A stretch of DNA of 64,000 nt from assembly GCA_951406725.2 (NCBI GenBank), contig OX597824.1, positions 22,444,001-22,508,000 of the forward strand. The letters are read 5' to 3'. Made by a program: the position numbers and the translations under genes. Each line of letters begins with the position of its first letter. Positions within the stretch are counted from its first letter, which is position 1. The stretch is from Octopus vulgaris. Taxonomy: Eukaryota. Below, piece after piece: positions 62,576 through 64,000 of this stretch. The notes under the pieces were generated by a model that did no database searches, was not told the origin of the DNA, and worked only from the letters and a program-made list of their open reading frames with translations.

Positions 62576-62616
<41 letters not shown>

Positions 62617-62759
62617 CTGTTCTGTTTTTATGTATATATGTGTTGTAGAATATAGATATAACGAAATTATGCCACCAATGTCGCATTTTAAACTTGATGA
62701 AGAAAAAAAAAAGCCTTGCATATTTGTTCGGAAGACTTTCGCCCGTACCTCCCCAATTT

Positions 62760-62973
62760 ACTCTTTTACTTGTTTCAGTCATTTGACTGCGGCCATGCTG
62801 GAGCACCGCCTTTAGTCGAGCAAATCGACCCCGGGACTTATTCTTTGTAAGCCCAGTACTTATTCTATCGGTGTCTTTTGCCGAACCGCTAGGTGACGGG
62901 GACGTAAACACACCAGCATCGGTTGTCAAGCAATGCTAGGGGACAAACACAGACACACAATCACACACATATA

Positions 62974-63017
<44 letters not shown>

Positions 63018-63147
63018 TACGACAGGCTTCTTTCAGTTTCCGTCTACCAAATCCACTCACAAAGCATTGGTCGGCCCGGGGCTATAGCAGAAGACAGTTG
63101 CCCAAGATGTGGTTGGTTAGCAAGCTACTTACCACACAGCCACTCCA
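62760..63147 (-). mobile_element. SINE family A (internal deletion in head)
   Basis: Antisense match to the family consensus. Confidence 0.88.
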
Positions 63148-63174
63148 TAAATTTGTTTATTTTTGTAATTTTTT

Positions 63175-63530
63175 TTTTCCAAAAATCCCCGTTTTCGGAT
63201 ACGGAGGTTCCGGAAAATTGCCAAAATCGGCATTGTGAAATTTCCCCCCCCCCTTTCCCCCCCACAACTTCTTCAATTTTGACTTTTTTCTCTGACCCTA
63301 ACCCTAACCCTAAAACCCTCACCCTAACCCTAATCCTAAAACCCTCACCCTCACCCAAACCCTAAAACCCTAACTGTAAGTACAGAAATGTTTTGAAATT
63401 TTTGTCCAAGTCATGTCCGTATTTTTCCGCATATTTAAAAAAAAAAAAAATTCTTAAAAAAAATTTTTACAAAGATTTTTGGAAATTTTTTTCAGAATCA
63501 TAATCTCCGTATTTTTCCGCATATTTTGGG
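63175..63530 (+). mobile_element. CCCTAA-containing repeat (family of 4890-5212)
   Basis: Colinear with 4890-5212. Confidence 0.7.
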
Positions 63531-64000
63531 AAAAAAATTGTGAAAAAAGTGAAAAATGAAGAAAAACGGGGGTTTGTGCCGGAAAAAAAAAAATTTAAGG
63601 GTGGTTTGAGGGGGTGGGTATGGGTGGAAGTTTTGTCATTTGTTCTTACCTGCTTCATGTGTGTATGTAAAATCCGTAAATTTCCAAACAGAAAAACGAG
63701 AACGCCGTGTCAATTATATCTTTCTTTATTGCCCATAAGGGGCCAACACAGAGGGGACAAAGACAAACACGTGGGGACACATAACACGAAAATAAATAAA
63801 ACTGAGAAAAAAATTTAATTAGAACGTATGATAAGATGAATGATAACATGAAAATGATAATGAAACTGTGTCGCTTGCCCCACCTCTAGCAGCATCATTT
63901 ACTTCCTTGGGAGTCCTTTTGTCACATCGACACCAAATTTCTCTTAAAAAAAGACTCCGCCGGTTACGACGACGAGGGTCCCAGCTGATACGATCAACGG

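Noticed and set aside
62470-62580. Strong splice-acceptor-like TTTTTCCCTCTACATTTACAG
   Set aside because: No convincing donor or coding frame follows; the sequence runs into a TIR-like end and (TG)n

Overview
AT-rich, repeat-saturated eukaryotic DNA. Its SINE families, (TA)n/(CA)n/(CATA)n density and internal TTAGGG-type repeats point to an octopus (coleoid cephalopod) genome; this is inference from pattern recognition, not a search. Almost all ORF-track entries are translations of microsatellites or SINEs. Real coding remnants belong to mobile elements: a near-complete Penelope-like element (RT + GIY-YIG, Neptune-like, minus strand, ~36.8-44.2 kb) with hammerhead-bearing direct repeats and a ~2 kb microsatellite 3' region; a 5'-truncated RTE LINE with an open RT ORF carrying a PHD finger inside the RT (26.4-29.1 kb); a mariner split by a CR1 fragment; and decayed maT-like, Gypsy integrase, R4/Dong, BovB-like and Tx1-like pieces. 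There are also four tRNA-derived SINE families, Helitrons, several MITEs, a foldback element and eight hammerhead-ribozyme-like motifs. Host-gene signals are limited to a CpG-rich promoter-like patch (~0.4-0.7 kb) and one candidate exon (10813-11241). The most notable themes are that the SINE-internal TA microsatellite acts as a recurrent landing pad for unrelated elements, that a Penelope-like element carries microsatellite cargo and a non-canonical ribozyme core, the PHD-in-RT LINE, and a SINE that forms tandem arrays at a fixed junction and shares its tail with a Tx1-like LINE.
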